DNA of 58,445 bases from a virus (Duplodnaviria; Caudoviricetes), in IMG/VR virus record IMGVR_UViG_3300009159_005446, positions 1 through 58,445 of that record; one strand, 5' to 3'. The notes beneath the pieces are model-generated. The model saw only the letters and a list, made by a program, of their open reading frames with translations, made no database searches and was not told the origin of the DNA. Positions 47,182 through 56,406 of this stretch are shown piece by piece (positions within the stretch are counted from its first letter, which is position 1; each line of letters opens with the position of its first letter). The translations under genes and the position numbers were made by a program.

Positions 47182-47807
47182 AATATATCTTTGTAGCCGG
47201 TGCTCCAGGCTCAAAATGGAGCAGTGTAGTTAAAAACATCTACTATAGTCCCAGCGTTGATCGTTCGGACTATAGAGATGAATGGACTTATTATCATGAC
47301 GCATCGGGCAAAATGGAACTCATGCACCTGGGTGCGTACTTTGACCCAGGTATGGCGTCGCCCTTGCCCGAGGATTTGACCACGTTGAATCGGCAGCAAC
47401 TAGAAGAAATATTTGCTGAGCCATTTCAATTTAAAGAATCTCCGGGTGTACGCATTATCAAAAGCCATGTGTTCTCAAATCACATTGACTATTTGCGAGA
47501 ATTATTCCCCGAAACACCCATTGTGATTGTGCATCGCAATGATGATGCATGCCTGGGTTGGTGGGTCAAATGCGGTCATTTTGATATAACATATCCTGAT
47601 TATCATGAGTATTTTCGAGACTTAAAGAACATGGCACAGATCATTCGGAGTCAGAATAAAGACATATTGGCCGCATGGTGGAAATACAATGATAAGCCTG
47701 TAATGGACAACAATCTACGACTGGCTGCGGCCCTGGGCATAGATGCACCTCCCGCAGAATACACACAAGAATACGCAGTAAACGACATAAGGGTAAAAGT
47801 AATATGA
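47178..47807 (+). CDS. Sulfotransferase-like/P-loop protein
   Basis: FVAGAPGSKWS, IIKSH, FPETPIVIVHR. Confidence 0.5.
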   Translation: MKYIFVAGAPGSKWSSVVKNIYYSPSVDRSDYRDEWTYYHDASGKMELMHLGAYFDPGMASPLPEDLTTLNRQQLEEIFAEPFQFKESPGVRIIKSHVFSNHIDYLRELFPETPIVIVHRNDDACLGWWVKCGHFDITYPDYHEYFRDLKNMAQIIRSQNKDILAAWWKYNDKPVMDNNLRLAAALGIDAPPAEYTQEYAVNDIRVKVI

Positions 47808-48469
47808 TAACAGACGAATTTAAAAGCAGTTGGGATTTCACCAAAAGCACCAGCACATACCATTTTGATAGTAAAAGACTGGATCGGTTTGAAGATGTTG
47901 TTGCACATCTAGGACACATTGAACCCACATGGCTGGCAGATGTAGACAACATTGTTGCTGACAGCAAGCCTGCAACCTGGGAAACACGTGGCTATAAAGG
48001 CGAAGGAGTGTTGCCCCCACGTGAGGATCTAGTAGCAGAAGAATATGATCTTGAGCGTGTGGGTGCAGATCCCAAAATGATTATTACTCATTTGAATTGG
48101 AACATGCCCGAGTCGCTTAAAAAGATTTCCAAGCAGTTTGCGCTAGATGACTGCATGGAACGTATTCATGTGCAACAGCCCGGGGAAGTGTGGAATCTAC
48201 ACATGGACAAACTACAGAAATGGAATCCCGAAGATCCCAGTCGTATAATGCGTATCTTTATACAATTGACTGATTGGCAACCGGGGCAGTTCTGGGAATA
48301 TGGTAATCATCACTGGAATCAATGGCGTGCTGGGGATGTGTCAACATTTGACTGGGCCAACATGCCGCACTCAACAGCCAATGCTGGACATCATGCCCGA
48401 GTAACACTACAGCTCACAGGTGTAATCTCTGATCGCACACAAGAATTCCTAGCTAACTTGCCAAGATGA
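47804..48469 (+). CDS. Fe(II)/2-oxoglutarate dioxygenase (AspH-like DSBH)
   Basis: PGEVWNLHMD (HxD), PHSTANAG (distal His), RVTLQLTG. Confidence 0.75.
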   Translation: MITDEFKSSWDFTKSTSTYHFDSKRLDRFEDVVAHLGHIEPTWLADVDNIVADSKPATWETRGYKGEGVLPPREDLVAEEYDLERVGADPKMIITHLNWNMPESLKKISKQFALDDCMERIHVQQPGEVWNLHMDKLQKWNPEDPSRIMRIFIQLTDWQPGQFWEYGNHHWNQWRAGDVSTFDWANMPHSTANAGHHARVTLQLTGVISDRTQEFLANLPR

Positions 48470-49092
48470 AAACACTGTTAATCATTACAGGGCCGCAAGG
48501 TTCGGGTAATCATTTATGGAGCAAGATCTTTGCACAGCATCCTGATGTGTATGGCTGGCATGCCTTATTGCATGAATACTGGATAGGGCATGATCAAGAA
48601 CCCTTTGCAGCCTGCTGGGAGAACCCCGATCTGCTAAAGGATTTTAACTGGGGCGAGTGCAAATACTTTGTAACCGGTGTCAGCACACCTTACATGCTCA
48701 ACGGTGAGCGTACTGTGCCCAACATTGTGCGTTTTGCTGCCACAGCCATGGGCCTGGGCATACAGGTAAAGATTGCCATTATCGGGCGTGATCGTAACGT
48801 ATTAAACTATCAAGAGACTCGTGTGCGTGGTGATGCCACATATGATATTGCGTTAAAAGAATATGAGAAGTTACGCACATGGAGCCCGGTATTTTTAAGT
48901 TACGAATTACTGCATCTTTATGGCAATCTTTATCTACAACAAATTGCCAATCAATTGGAATTTCCCATTGATTATTCCGGTCCCCAACTGGCAAATATTT
49001 TAACAGATGATACCAACAGTAAATATTTCAAACCCGTGCACCATCATCCCACAGATGATCTAGCACGACACACTTCAAGGAAATGGCGATGA
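48466..49092 (+). CDS. Sulfotransferase-like/P-loop protein
   Basis: IITGPQGSGNHLWSKIFAQHPDV, IIGRD, FLSYELL. Confidence 0.55.
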   Translation: MKTLLIITGPQGSGNHLWSKIFAQHPDVYGWHALLHEYWIGHDQEPFAACWENPDLLKDFNWGECKYFVTGVSTPYMLNGERTVPNIVRFAATAMGLGIQVKIAIIGRDRNVLNYQETRVRGDATYDIALKEYEKLRTWSPVFLSYELLHLYGNLYLQQIANQLEFPIDYSGPQLANILTDDTNSKYFKPVHHHPTDDLARHTSRKWR

Positions 49093-49886
49093 CAGCACAA
49101 CGTATATTAATCATGGGCTTGCCTGGCGCAGGCAAAACTTATCTAGCACAGCACATACTAGAACATTTACAAGCAGAGCGCAAACGTGTGCGTTGGCTCA
49201 ATGCTGACGATGTGCGTAAAGAATACAATGACTGGGACTTCTCAGAAGCCGGACGTATTCGGCAGAGCATGCGTATGCGTACACTAGCAGATTCATTTAG
49301 TGACGTGGATTATGTGATCTGCGACTTTGTTGCACCGCTAGTGGAAATGCGCAACAACTTCAAAGCAGATTGGACCGTGTGGGTTGACACAATTGACCGG
49401 GGTCGATTTGAAGATACCAACCGGGCGTTTGTTGCCCCTGAAGTATATGACTTCCGCATCACTGAACAAAACGGTGAGAAATGGGGCGAGTTCATTGCCG
49501 CACACATACTAGATAACAGACGTAGACCAACTTTTGATTGGCAACAAGAAACTGTGCAAATGTTGGGTCGCTGGCAGCCTTGGCATGCCGGTCACCGTGC
49601 GTTATTTGAACGAGCCATAGCCAAAACTGGGCAAGTTTGTATAATGATCCGGGATTGTCAAGGCTGGCAGGGATCCAACCCTTTTGCTATAGAACAAGTT
49701 AAATCATTTATTCGTCGAGACCTAGACATGTTGTATCAAGGACAGTATGAAATACAAGTTGTGCCCAATATTGTCAACATCACATATGGTCGAGATGTTG
49801 GTTACCAAATCGAACAAGAATCATTTGATTCTGCAATAACAGACATTTCAGCTACTAAAATTCGAAAAGACATGGGCTTGAAATAA
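49089..49886 (+). CDS. cysC: Adenylylsulfate-kinase-like domain fused to HIGH-motif nucleotidyltransferase
   Basis: GLPGAGKT, LNADDVR, DFSEAGRIRQ, FVAP; C-terminal GRWQPWHAGH..NPF. Confidence 0.8.
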   Translation: MTAQRILIMGLPGAGKTYLAQHILEHLQAERKRVRWLNADDVRKEYNDWDFSEAGRIRQSMRMRTLADSFSDVDYVICDFVAPLVEMRNNFKADWTVWVDTIDRGRFEDTNRAFVAPEVYDFRITEQNGEKWGEFIAAHILDNRRRPTFDWQQETVQMLGRWQPWHAGHRALFERAIAKTGQVCIMIRDCQGWQGSNPFAIEQVKSFIRRDLDMLYQGQYEIQVVPNIVNITYGRDVGYQIEQESFDSAITDISATKIRKDMGLK

Positions 49887-50777
49887 ATGCCGCATATCCC
49901 GTATCATATTCGAGTTTGGGGGCGCGGCATTGGTCAAGCAACAGAGTCTGGCATGGATGCATATGATCGATGCGGCCCCGAAGCCACAGAACATTTTCGA
50001 AATTACCCTTGGCCCATTGAGTACAATTTCAACTCTAGAGGATTTCGAGACACTGAATGGCCACGAGATTTTAACGAATTAAAATCAGCAATATGGTGCG
50101 TGGGCGACAGTTTTACACTGGGCATTGGCTCGCCTAGACAGCACACTTGGCCGTATCAACTGGGAGAATTAACTGGTAGTAGAGTAATGAATTGCAGTAT
50201 GGACGGTGCTAGTAATGAATGGATCAGTGATTTAGCCGTTAATATACTAGATGCATTTGATCCTCCCAACATGGTAATAATGTGGAGTTACACCCATCGT
50301 CGAGCAGGAATTGGCCAAAAAACCCCAAACAAAATAGTATACGACCGTGTACCACAGTGGAAAATCACATATGATGACATGCGCGAAATATTCTGGCCTA
50401 GGTGCAATACTCTAGCACAGTTCAATGCTTTGCCAATAGAGATCAAACAGCGAGTATTGGATAAAATTGGTGAAGACCAATTTCAAAATGATCTCACTGC
50501 ACGAATGCACTATGTTAGATCAACCGATCAAGATGATCTAGAAAACCTTAAACAATGCATTGAATGTGTGCAAAAATATCAGCGACAACATATTGTGCAT
50601 GCCGCAATACCACAATTTGCCCCCGAGCACATGATGTTAGCAAGTCATGCTATTATTGAGCAACAACCACAGTGGATTCCACAATTTCAAAATTTAGATC
50701 TTGCCCGCGACAGTCATCACTTTGATATCAAGACGTCAAAGTGGGTAGCTGAGCAGGTGCAACCGCTGTTGTTGTAA
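49887..50777 (+). CDS. SGNH-hydrolase-like protein
   Basis: YNFNSRGFR, VGDSFTLGIG, NCSMDGASN, WSYTHRR, ARDSHHF. Confidence 0.65.
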   Translation: MPHIPYHIRVWGRGIGQATESGMDAYDRCGPEATEHFRNYPWPIEYNFNSRGFRDTEWPRDFNELKSAIWCVGDSFTLGIGSPRQHTWPYQLGELTGSRVMNCSMDGASNEWISDLAVNILDAFDPPNMVIMWSYTHRRAGIGQKTPNKIVYDRVPQWKITYDDMREIFWPRCNTLAQFNALPIEIKQRVLDKIGEDQFQNDLTARMHYVRSTDQDDLENLKQCIECVQKYQRQHIVHAAIPQFAPEHMMLASHAIIEQQPQWIPQFQNLDLARDSHHFDIKTSKWVAEQVQPLLL

Positions 50778-51891
50778 GCGCCAGTTCAGGATCCCAAGCG
50801 CGATATTCTTGTTGTGCTCGGCTTTGTAAATCATCCATGCTCAAGGGCTGGGCAATGTCAGAGTTGCCTTGCGCCCAGTTATTGTAAGCATCAAGACATT
50901 CTTGAATATTTCGAATCATAAACATTTTTTCAGCTAGAGTTTGTTTTTTGATTGGTATTGTTGTGGGCAAAATCCCCAGCTCTTGCATGCGGTCAATGCT
51001 TTCCCGTGCTTGCACATACTTTTCTTGGTGCTGTTGCAGGTATTCTTGATGCACCCGTGGCAGGTAATCTCTAACAGTGGCAGGTGCCAATGCAGTTGTG
51101 CTGGTCAGCTGTTGCTGTGTTAGTTGCAACATCTGCTGGGGCGTTTGCATAGCCAATGCTCCAATGTCACTGTTTAAATAATGACAGCGATTCCAGTCTG
51201 CAAACTCTTGGCCAAATGTTTGATTCCAGGTTATTCGTTCAGGCTGGCCAGCAAATACTGGAAGATCTAGTATAAAACGTTCAATATTGGGCAAGTCTTG
51301 TTCATAATGAAAATATGTTCCTATAGAGAAATGATCTTCGCTCCACTTGATATAGTCTCGATATCTTTGCAAATGACTCAACAATTGCTCTGGGGGTATC
51401 TTGGTCTTGGAACTGTAAAGACTAAAAAAGGTATTGATTTTTTCTTGTGCGCTGTAAACATTCAATCGTTTGGTAATACCATTGATACTCCAGCTCAAGG
51501 CATGCTCAAAAAGATTTTGTCTGCGGCAACTGATTACATAAAAATTATCATCGAGATATCGATAAAATGGCACTTGATCCGCAATGGAGTCCTGGCGCTG
51601 GCGCATGTGATAGTGTGCGACCCTGGCAGTTTTATAGTGATCCACTGTGGCCAATAATTCAGTGACCTCGGGCAGACTTTGATAATAGCTGTCACTGGAT
51701 TTGGCATTGACCCATTGTTTTCTCAACAGTTCACGATTGAATTCAGGATTGAAGTACTTGCCAATACCATTTGTGAGTTCATGTAGGTTAATCACCGGAC
51801 GATCAAATTGGTGCAACTGCATGTACACTGTTAAAATGCGTTGTAGCAAGGTGCTACCCACTGCGTCTGGTGTTAGAATTAAAACGTTCAT
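50728..51891 (-). CDS. Sulfotransferase-like (Stf0-type) protein
   Basis: LTPDAVGSTLL, LHEL, RRQNLFEHALSW, YEQD. Confidence 0.55.
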   Translation of the reverse strand: MNVLILTPDAVGSTLLQRILTVYMQLHQFDRPVINLHELTNGIGKYFNPEFNRELLRKQWVNAKSSDSYYQSLPEVTELLATVDHYKTARVAHYHMRQRQDSIADQVPFYRYLDDNFYVISCRRQNLFEHALSWSINGITKRLNVYSAQEKINTFFSLYSSKTKIPPEQLLSHLQRYRDYIKWSEDHFSIGTYFHYEQDLPNIERFILDLPVFAGQPERITWNQTFGQEFADWNRCHYLNSDIGALAMQTPQQMLQLTQQQLTSTTALAPATVRDYLPRVHQEYLQQHQEKYVQARESIDRMQELGILPTTIPIKKQTLAEKMFMIRNIQECLDAYNNWAQGNSDIAQPLSMDDLQSRAQQEYRAWDPELALTTTAVAPAQLPTLTS

Positions 51892-51937
51892 ATGGGTATT
51901 TACTAAATATTTTTAACTTGGTATATTATTAAATCAC

Positions 51938-52987
51938 ATGAACAAAATAATTAACAGCCACACCAACTGGGGGCGACTGCAGGAAGTATGGCTAGGCGAT
52001 GTTTATCCTGCTTCTTGGTACGATCATTTACAGTCAGATGTGCGTGATTGTTTCCATGAACTGACTGAAAACACTCAACAAGATCTTGCTATAATTCAGC
52101 GCCGTCTTGAAGAGTTTGGTGTGCGTGTGCGTAGACCCGAATATACCCGGATTGAAGATTACATGCGTGGCGATTTTCTAATCAAACCACACATAACTCC
52201 CCGGGATGATTTTGTTGTTGTGGGCAATACTCTTTATGGCCTGCAAAAGACCACATCGCCTTGGCAGCACATTCTAGATGAATATCAAGCTGCTGGGGAG
52301 GATGTACAGTATCGCATGATCAACGGTCCTCTCAATATAAATGGTTCCAATGTGGTGCGTGTGGGGCGGGACATATATATTGATCTCATGTGGGAAGCTC
52401 GTGCCCTGGGGTCAGAAGACATTTTGACCAATAGATTCCACAATGTGTTTGCAAATCAATTCAGAGATTATCGAGTTCATTTGGTGTTTAATGGGGGACA
52501 TATTGACGGATGTTTTGCTGTGCTCAAACCCGATGTGCTGATAGCCAGCAAATACTTTGAAAACTACGATGAAACTTTTCCAGGTTGGACAAAAATCAAC
52601 ACCAGCCTGCCAGAATTTCACAATCACACTCCCAATTTGACTGATGTGCCCAACTTTCTCAAATGGCATGTGCCCGGTGCCAATAATCGTGCATTTAATC
52701 AGCACGTGATAGATCATGCCATGACATGGGTGGGCAACTATACCGAAACATATTTTGAAATAAATTGTCTAGTAATTGACGAAAAGAATGTCATGGTCAT
52801 GGGCGAACATCCAGCCGTGTTTCGTGAGCTTGAACAACATGGAATTACTGCACACTCAGTACCGTTTAGAACCCGTACATTCTGGGATGGCGGTGTGCAT
52901 TGCTTGACCTTGGACATACGCAGAGATGACACCCCTGTAGACCTATTCCCCGCTCGCGGCGACCCCGGAATCACTATACTCCGATAA
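51938..52987 (+). CDS. Amidinotransferase (pentein; glycine/inosamine amidinotransferase-like), copy 1
   Basis: NSHTNWGRLQEVWLG, TPRDD, GHIDG, INCLVID, GGVHCLTLDIRR. Confidence 0.88.
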   Translation: MNKIINSHTNWGRLQEVWLGDVYPASWYDHLQSDVRDCFHELTENTQQDLAIIQRRLEEFGVRVRRPEYTRIEDYMRGDFLIKPHITPRDDFVVVGNTLYGLQKTTSPWQHILDEYQAAGEDVQYRMINGPLNINGSNVVRVGRDIYIDLMWEARALGSEDILTNRFHNVFANQFRDYRVHLVFNGGHIDGCFAVLKPDVLIASKYFENYDETFPGWTKINTSLPEFHNHTPNLTDVPNFLKWHVPGANNRAFNQHVIDHAMTWVGNYTETYFEINCLVIDEKNVMVMGEHPAVFRELEQHGITAHSVPFRTRTFWDGGVHCLTLDIRRDDTPVDLFPARGDPGITILR

Positions 52988-53004
52988 TTGGGTTAAATAA
53001 CAAC

Positions 53005-53472
53005 ATGTGGATCTTGCACTTTTTACCGGACGCTTTTATAACCTGGTTTGCCAACCTGGTACTACTGGCAGGCGTGGCATTGACTGTGATGGGCTTGTTT
53101 GTTCATAGGCTGCCCATTCCTGTTTTGTACCAGTACCAGTTGATGTTTAAACTACTGGGCATTGTGGTGCTATGTGCCGGCGTGTATCTTCGTGGTGGCG
53201 TGGCAGTAGAACAGGCCTGGCGTGATCGAGTGGCCGAAGTAGAAGCAAGATTAAAACAAGCAGAAGAAATTTCACAGCGTGAAAACACACGTATAGAAGC
53301 CCAAGTGGTCACACGAACTCGTACTGTACGAGAGCGAGCTCAGGAGATTGTGAAGTACGTGGATCGAGAAATCGTCAAGTACGACACAAAGTTTGCGCCC
53401 GGCGGCATTTGTGAAATACCACAGGAATTTATAACAGCACACAATCGTGCGGCAGAGGTACCAGCAAAATGA
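53005..53472 (+). CDS. Inner-membrane spanin (Rz-like)
   Basis: N-terminal TMs, coiled coil, VKYVDRE..CEIP..HNRAA; TAAATA at 52994. Confidence 0.7.
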   Translation: MWILHFLPDAFITWFANLVLLAGVALTVMGLFVHRLPIPVLYQYQLMFKLLGIVVLCAGVYLRGGVAVEQAWRDRVAEVEARLKQAEEISQRENTRIEAQVVTRTRTVRERAQEIVKYVDREIVKYDTKFAPGGICEIPQEFITAHNRAAEVPAK

Positions 53473-54194
53473 GAGCAAATGAAATCTTCACTGAAGCATG
53501 GAGTCAAAAATACAAAAACAGTATCAACTGCAGCCATCCCAAAGGGTTTAGCCAGCGAGCACACTGTGCAGGCAAAAACAAACACAACGAATCAATTGAA
53601 ATGGAAATGGTGTGTGAAGACTGTGGCATGTGCCAAACACACGGAAATCTCAGCGAGATCAAGAAGGGTGCAAAAGATGCAAATGGTTACACACGTTGCT
53701 GGCCAGGCAAGCATGCCGAAGGCACTAAAACGGGCAAAAACGGCGGACAAGTCCGTAACTGTGTGCCAAACGAAAGCGCAGAATTAACACAAGAGTTTGA
53801 TCTAATAGAAAATATCATTGAAGGTATTGCGGCACAGAATGGTGTAGATGCTGAAGCAGTATGGGCGGATTTAGAGTCGCTGACAGAAGATGAGCTGTAT
53901 GCGTTTGCCGTAACTTCGCAACTGAACGAAGACTGGCAAAAGGCCAACAAGCGCGACAAAACAGATAGCATGAGTCAAAAGGCTGTGAACTCTTATCGCA
54001 GAGAGCATCCGGGATCAAAACTAAAGACTGCCGTGACCACTAAGCCTAGCAAATTAAAAAAGGGCTCTAAAGCCTCCAAGCGACGCAAAAGCTATTGCTC
54101 ACGCTCACGTGGCCAAATGAAAATGCACAGTATCTCATGTGCTAAAACTCCCGACAAGGCCATTTGCAAAGCCCGTAGACGTTGGAACTGCTGA
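53469..54194 (+). CDS. Modular Cys/Lys-rich putative virion (head) protein
   Basis: EAWSQKYKNSINCSHPKGFSQRAHC, CWPG..VRNCVP, RRKSYCSRS..RRWNC modules. Confidence 0.7.
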   Translation: MRANEIFTEAWSQKYKNSINCSHPKGFSQRAHCAGKNKHNESIEMEMVCEDCGMCQTHGNLSEIKKGAKDANGYTRCWPGKHAEGTKTGKNGGQVRNCVPNESAELTQEFDLIENIIEGIAAQNGVDAEAVWADLESLTEDELYAFAVTSQLNEDWQKANKRDKTDSMSQKAVNSYRREHPGSKLKTAVTTKPSKLKKGSKASKRRKSYCSRSRGQMKMHSISCAKTPDKAICKARRRWNC

Positions 54195-54460
54195 TGAAAT
54201 ACCTGCTGACAATCGTTTTGCTATTATCGGGATGTTCCACTGTGGTGCCTGTTACTGCTAAATTTCCCGACCCACCGGGCAAGGGCGCACTAGTACGTTG
54301 CCCCAACTTGCAACAGCTACAAAACGATGCAAAATTAAGTGACATAGCCCGCACAATCACAGTCAACTACAGCACCTACTATGAGTGCGCAATCCGAGCA
54401 GATGCCTGGCAGGAATGGTATCAAGTACAAAAACACATATTCGATCAAGCTTCAAAATAA
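54194..54460 (+). CDS. Outer-membrane spanin lipoprotein (Rz1-like)
   Basis: Lipobox LLLSGC; Pro-rich FPDPP..CPNL; NYSTYYEC..WQEWY. Confidence 0.78.
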   Translation: MKYLLTIVLLLSGCSTVVPVTAKFPDPPGKGALVRCPNLQQLQNDAKLSDIARTITVNYSTYYECAIRADAWQEWYQVQKHIFDQASK

Positions 54461-54479
54461 TTAACTAGGACTTTAACGC

Positions 54480-55637
54480 ATGACCTCACCCTTAATCAAC
54501 AGCTATACCAACTGGAGTCCGCTTCAAGAGGTATGGCTAGGAGATGTTTACCCTGCTTCATGGTACGATCATTTACAACGTGAAGTGCGTGATTGTTTTT
54601 ACGAGCTGACTGAAAATACCAAACATGATCTAAACATCATACAACAAAAACTTCAAGAGTTTGGCGTAGAAGTTGTTAGACCACAATATGACAAAATTGA
54701 AAACTATATTGATGGATATGGTAATCTAGTCAAGCCACAAATTACTCCACGAGACAATTTCTTGGTTTATGGCAACAAATTCATACTACAACAAGGCGTG
54801 GCCTGGCGGTACGATGACAATGTAACTGATATCACTCACTCCTGGGAACATGCCTTGACAAGGTATCGCAATGATCCTGGCAGTGAAGTTGTATCAGCAT
54901 CATTGCCCTTGGCCATGGGAATCATATCCGGTGCCAACACAGTCCGAGTGGGTCGAGACATTTACCTTGACGTGTGGATAAACAACTGGGCTGAGGCCAG
55001 AAAAGAAAACTATCAAAAACATATTGCTCCGTTATTTCCTAACAGTCGAGTGCATTTGCTCAGTAATGGTGGTCATATCGATGGGTGTTTTGCTGTTATC
55101 AAACCTGGTGTGTTGTTAACTGACAGATATTTTTCTGATTATGAAAACACGTTCCCGGGGTGGGCAAGAATTGAAATACAAAGTCCGGAATTTGAAAATC
55201 ATGTAGCACCAGACAGTTTAGATAGTATGCGCCAGCCCAGGGCCAATCCTAGAAAATTCTTTTTAACCGGCCCCCCACAAGAATCAGTACGCAACCCACG
55301 TGCAGTTAATGTGCCAGAAATAGATAAATCATCATTGTCACATGCATTTAATGAATATGTGATTGCCCATGCGCTGGACTGGGTAGGGGATTACACTGAA
55401 ACATTCTTTGAAGTAAACTGCCTGGTCATAGATGAAAAGAATGTGCTTATTCTAGGCGAGAATGAAAACGTAGTACGTGCGCTTGAACAACATGGGGTTA
55501 CCGCACACTCGGTTCCGTTTAGAACACGCAGTTTTTGGGACGGTGGACTACACTGTCTCACACTGGACATACGCAGAGATGATACCCTTGTAGACCTATT
55601 TCCCGAGCGAGATCAACAACTGTACCAATACTACTAA
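54480..55637 (+). CDS. Amidinotransferase (pentein), copy 2
   Basis: NSYTNWSPLQEVWLG, TPRDN, GHIDG, VNCLVID, GGLHCLTLDIRR. Confidence 0.88.
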   Translation: MTSPLINSYTNWSPLQEVWLGDVYPASWYDHLQREVRDCFYELTENTKHDLNIIQQKLQEFGVEVVRPQYDKIENYIDGYGNLVKPQITPRDNFLVYGNKFILQQGVAWRYDDNVTDITHSWEHALTRYRNDPGSEVVSASLPLAMGIISGANTVRVGRDIYLDVWINNWAEARKENYQKHIAPLFPNSRVHLLSNGGHIDGCFAVIKPGVLLTDRYFSDYENTFPGWARIEIQSPEFENHVAPDSLDSMRQPRANPRKFFLTGPPQESVRNPRAVNVPEIDKSSLSHAFNEYVIAHALDWVGDYTETFFEVNCLVIDEKNVLILGENENVVRALEQHGVTAHSVPFRTRSFWDGGLHCLTLDIRRDDTLVDLFPERDQQLYQYY

Positions 55638-55665
55638 ATATGTGTGTACACAAAGGACCACAACA

Positions 55666-56283
55666 ATGAGCAGTATTCTCACGTTGGACCAGCTAACACA
55701 AATGGTCAAAAACCCCTATATCGATCACTGGCACAGTGCTCTAGATCAATTGCTAGATGATTATGAAATTGACACTCCGCTCCGAGTGGCTCATTTTGTT
55801 GCACAATGTGCCCACGAGTCGGGTAACTTTGTGTTTATCAAAGAAAATCTTAATTATAAAGCTGCCAGTCTAATGGCTGTGTTTAAAAAGTATTTCCCCA
55901 CACAGGCGCTGGCACAACAGTATGCCAATCATCCTGAACAGATTGCCAATCGAGTGTATGCTAACCGTATGGGCAACGGCGATGAAGCGTCAGGTGATGG
56001 ATATCGCTACTGTGGCCGTGGGCTTATACAGTTAACAGGTCGGGACAACTACACATTTTTTGCAGGCAGCCTAGGCATTGCAGTGGAAGAAGCCGCTGAG
56101 TACTTGGCCACATTTGAAGGCGCCGCACAATCAGCCTGCTGGTTTTGGGAACAAAACAAGTTAAATAGATTTGCTGATGCAAATGACTGCAAAGGTCTCA
56201 CAAGAGCCATCAATGGTGGCTACATTGGACTAGAAGACCGACAAAAGCATACTGAACACGCATTACATATACTAGGAGCATGA
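55666..56283 (+). CDS. Endolysin, glycoside hydrolase family 19
   Basis: AHFVAQCAHES, ENLNY, YANRMGNG, YCGRGLIQLTGRDNY, INGGYIGLEDR; TAAATA at 55635. Confidence 0.93.
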   Translation: MSSILTLDQLTQMVKNPYIDHWHSALDQLLDDYEIDTPLRVAHFVAQCAHESGNFVFIKENLNYKAASLMAVFKKYFPTQALAQQYANHPEQIANRVYANRMGNGDEASGDGYRYCGRGLIQLTGRDNYTFFAGSLGIAVEEAAEYLATFEGAAQSACWFWEQNKLNRFADANDCKGLTRAINGGYIGLEDRQKHTEHALHILGA

Positions 56284-56285
56284 AC

Positions 56286-56402
56286 ATGTTAGAAACACTA
56301 TTTTGGTTGGCATTGGGCGCATTTGTTGGATGGAATTTTCCACAACCCGACTTTGCAAAACGCATACAGGCCCGCGTCATGGCCGCATTTCGAAAGGATT
56401 AA
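56286..56402 (+). CDS. Small membrane peptide, 38 aa (MLETLFWLALGAFVGWNFPQPDFAKRIQARVMAAFRKD)
   Basis: Manual translation; AGGAG RBS; fills the gap between endolysin and carbonic anhydrase. Confidence 0.7.
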   Translation: MLETLFWLALGAFVGWNFPQPDFAKRIQARVMAAFRKD

Positions 56403-56406
56403 CAAA

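Noticed and set aside
56323-56406. N-terminal extension of the carbonic anhydrase ORF
   Set aside because: The signal peptide and RBS fit ATG 56407; the upstream stretch encodes a separate 38-aa ORF in another frame.
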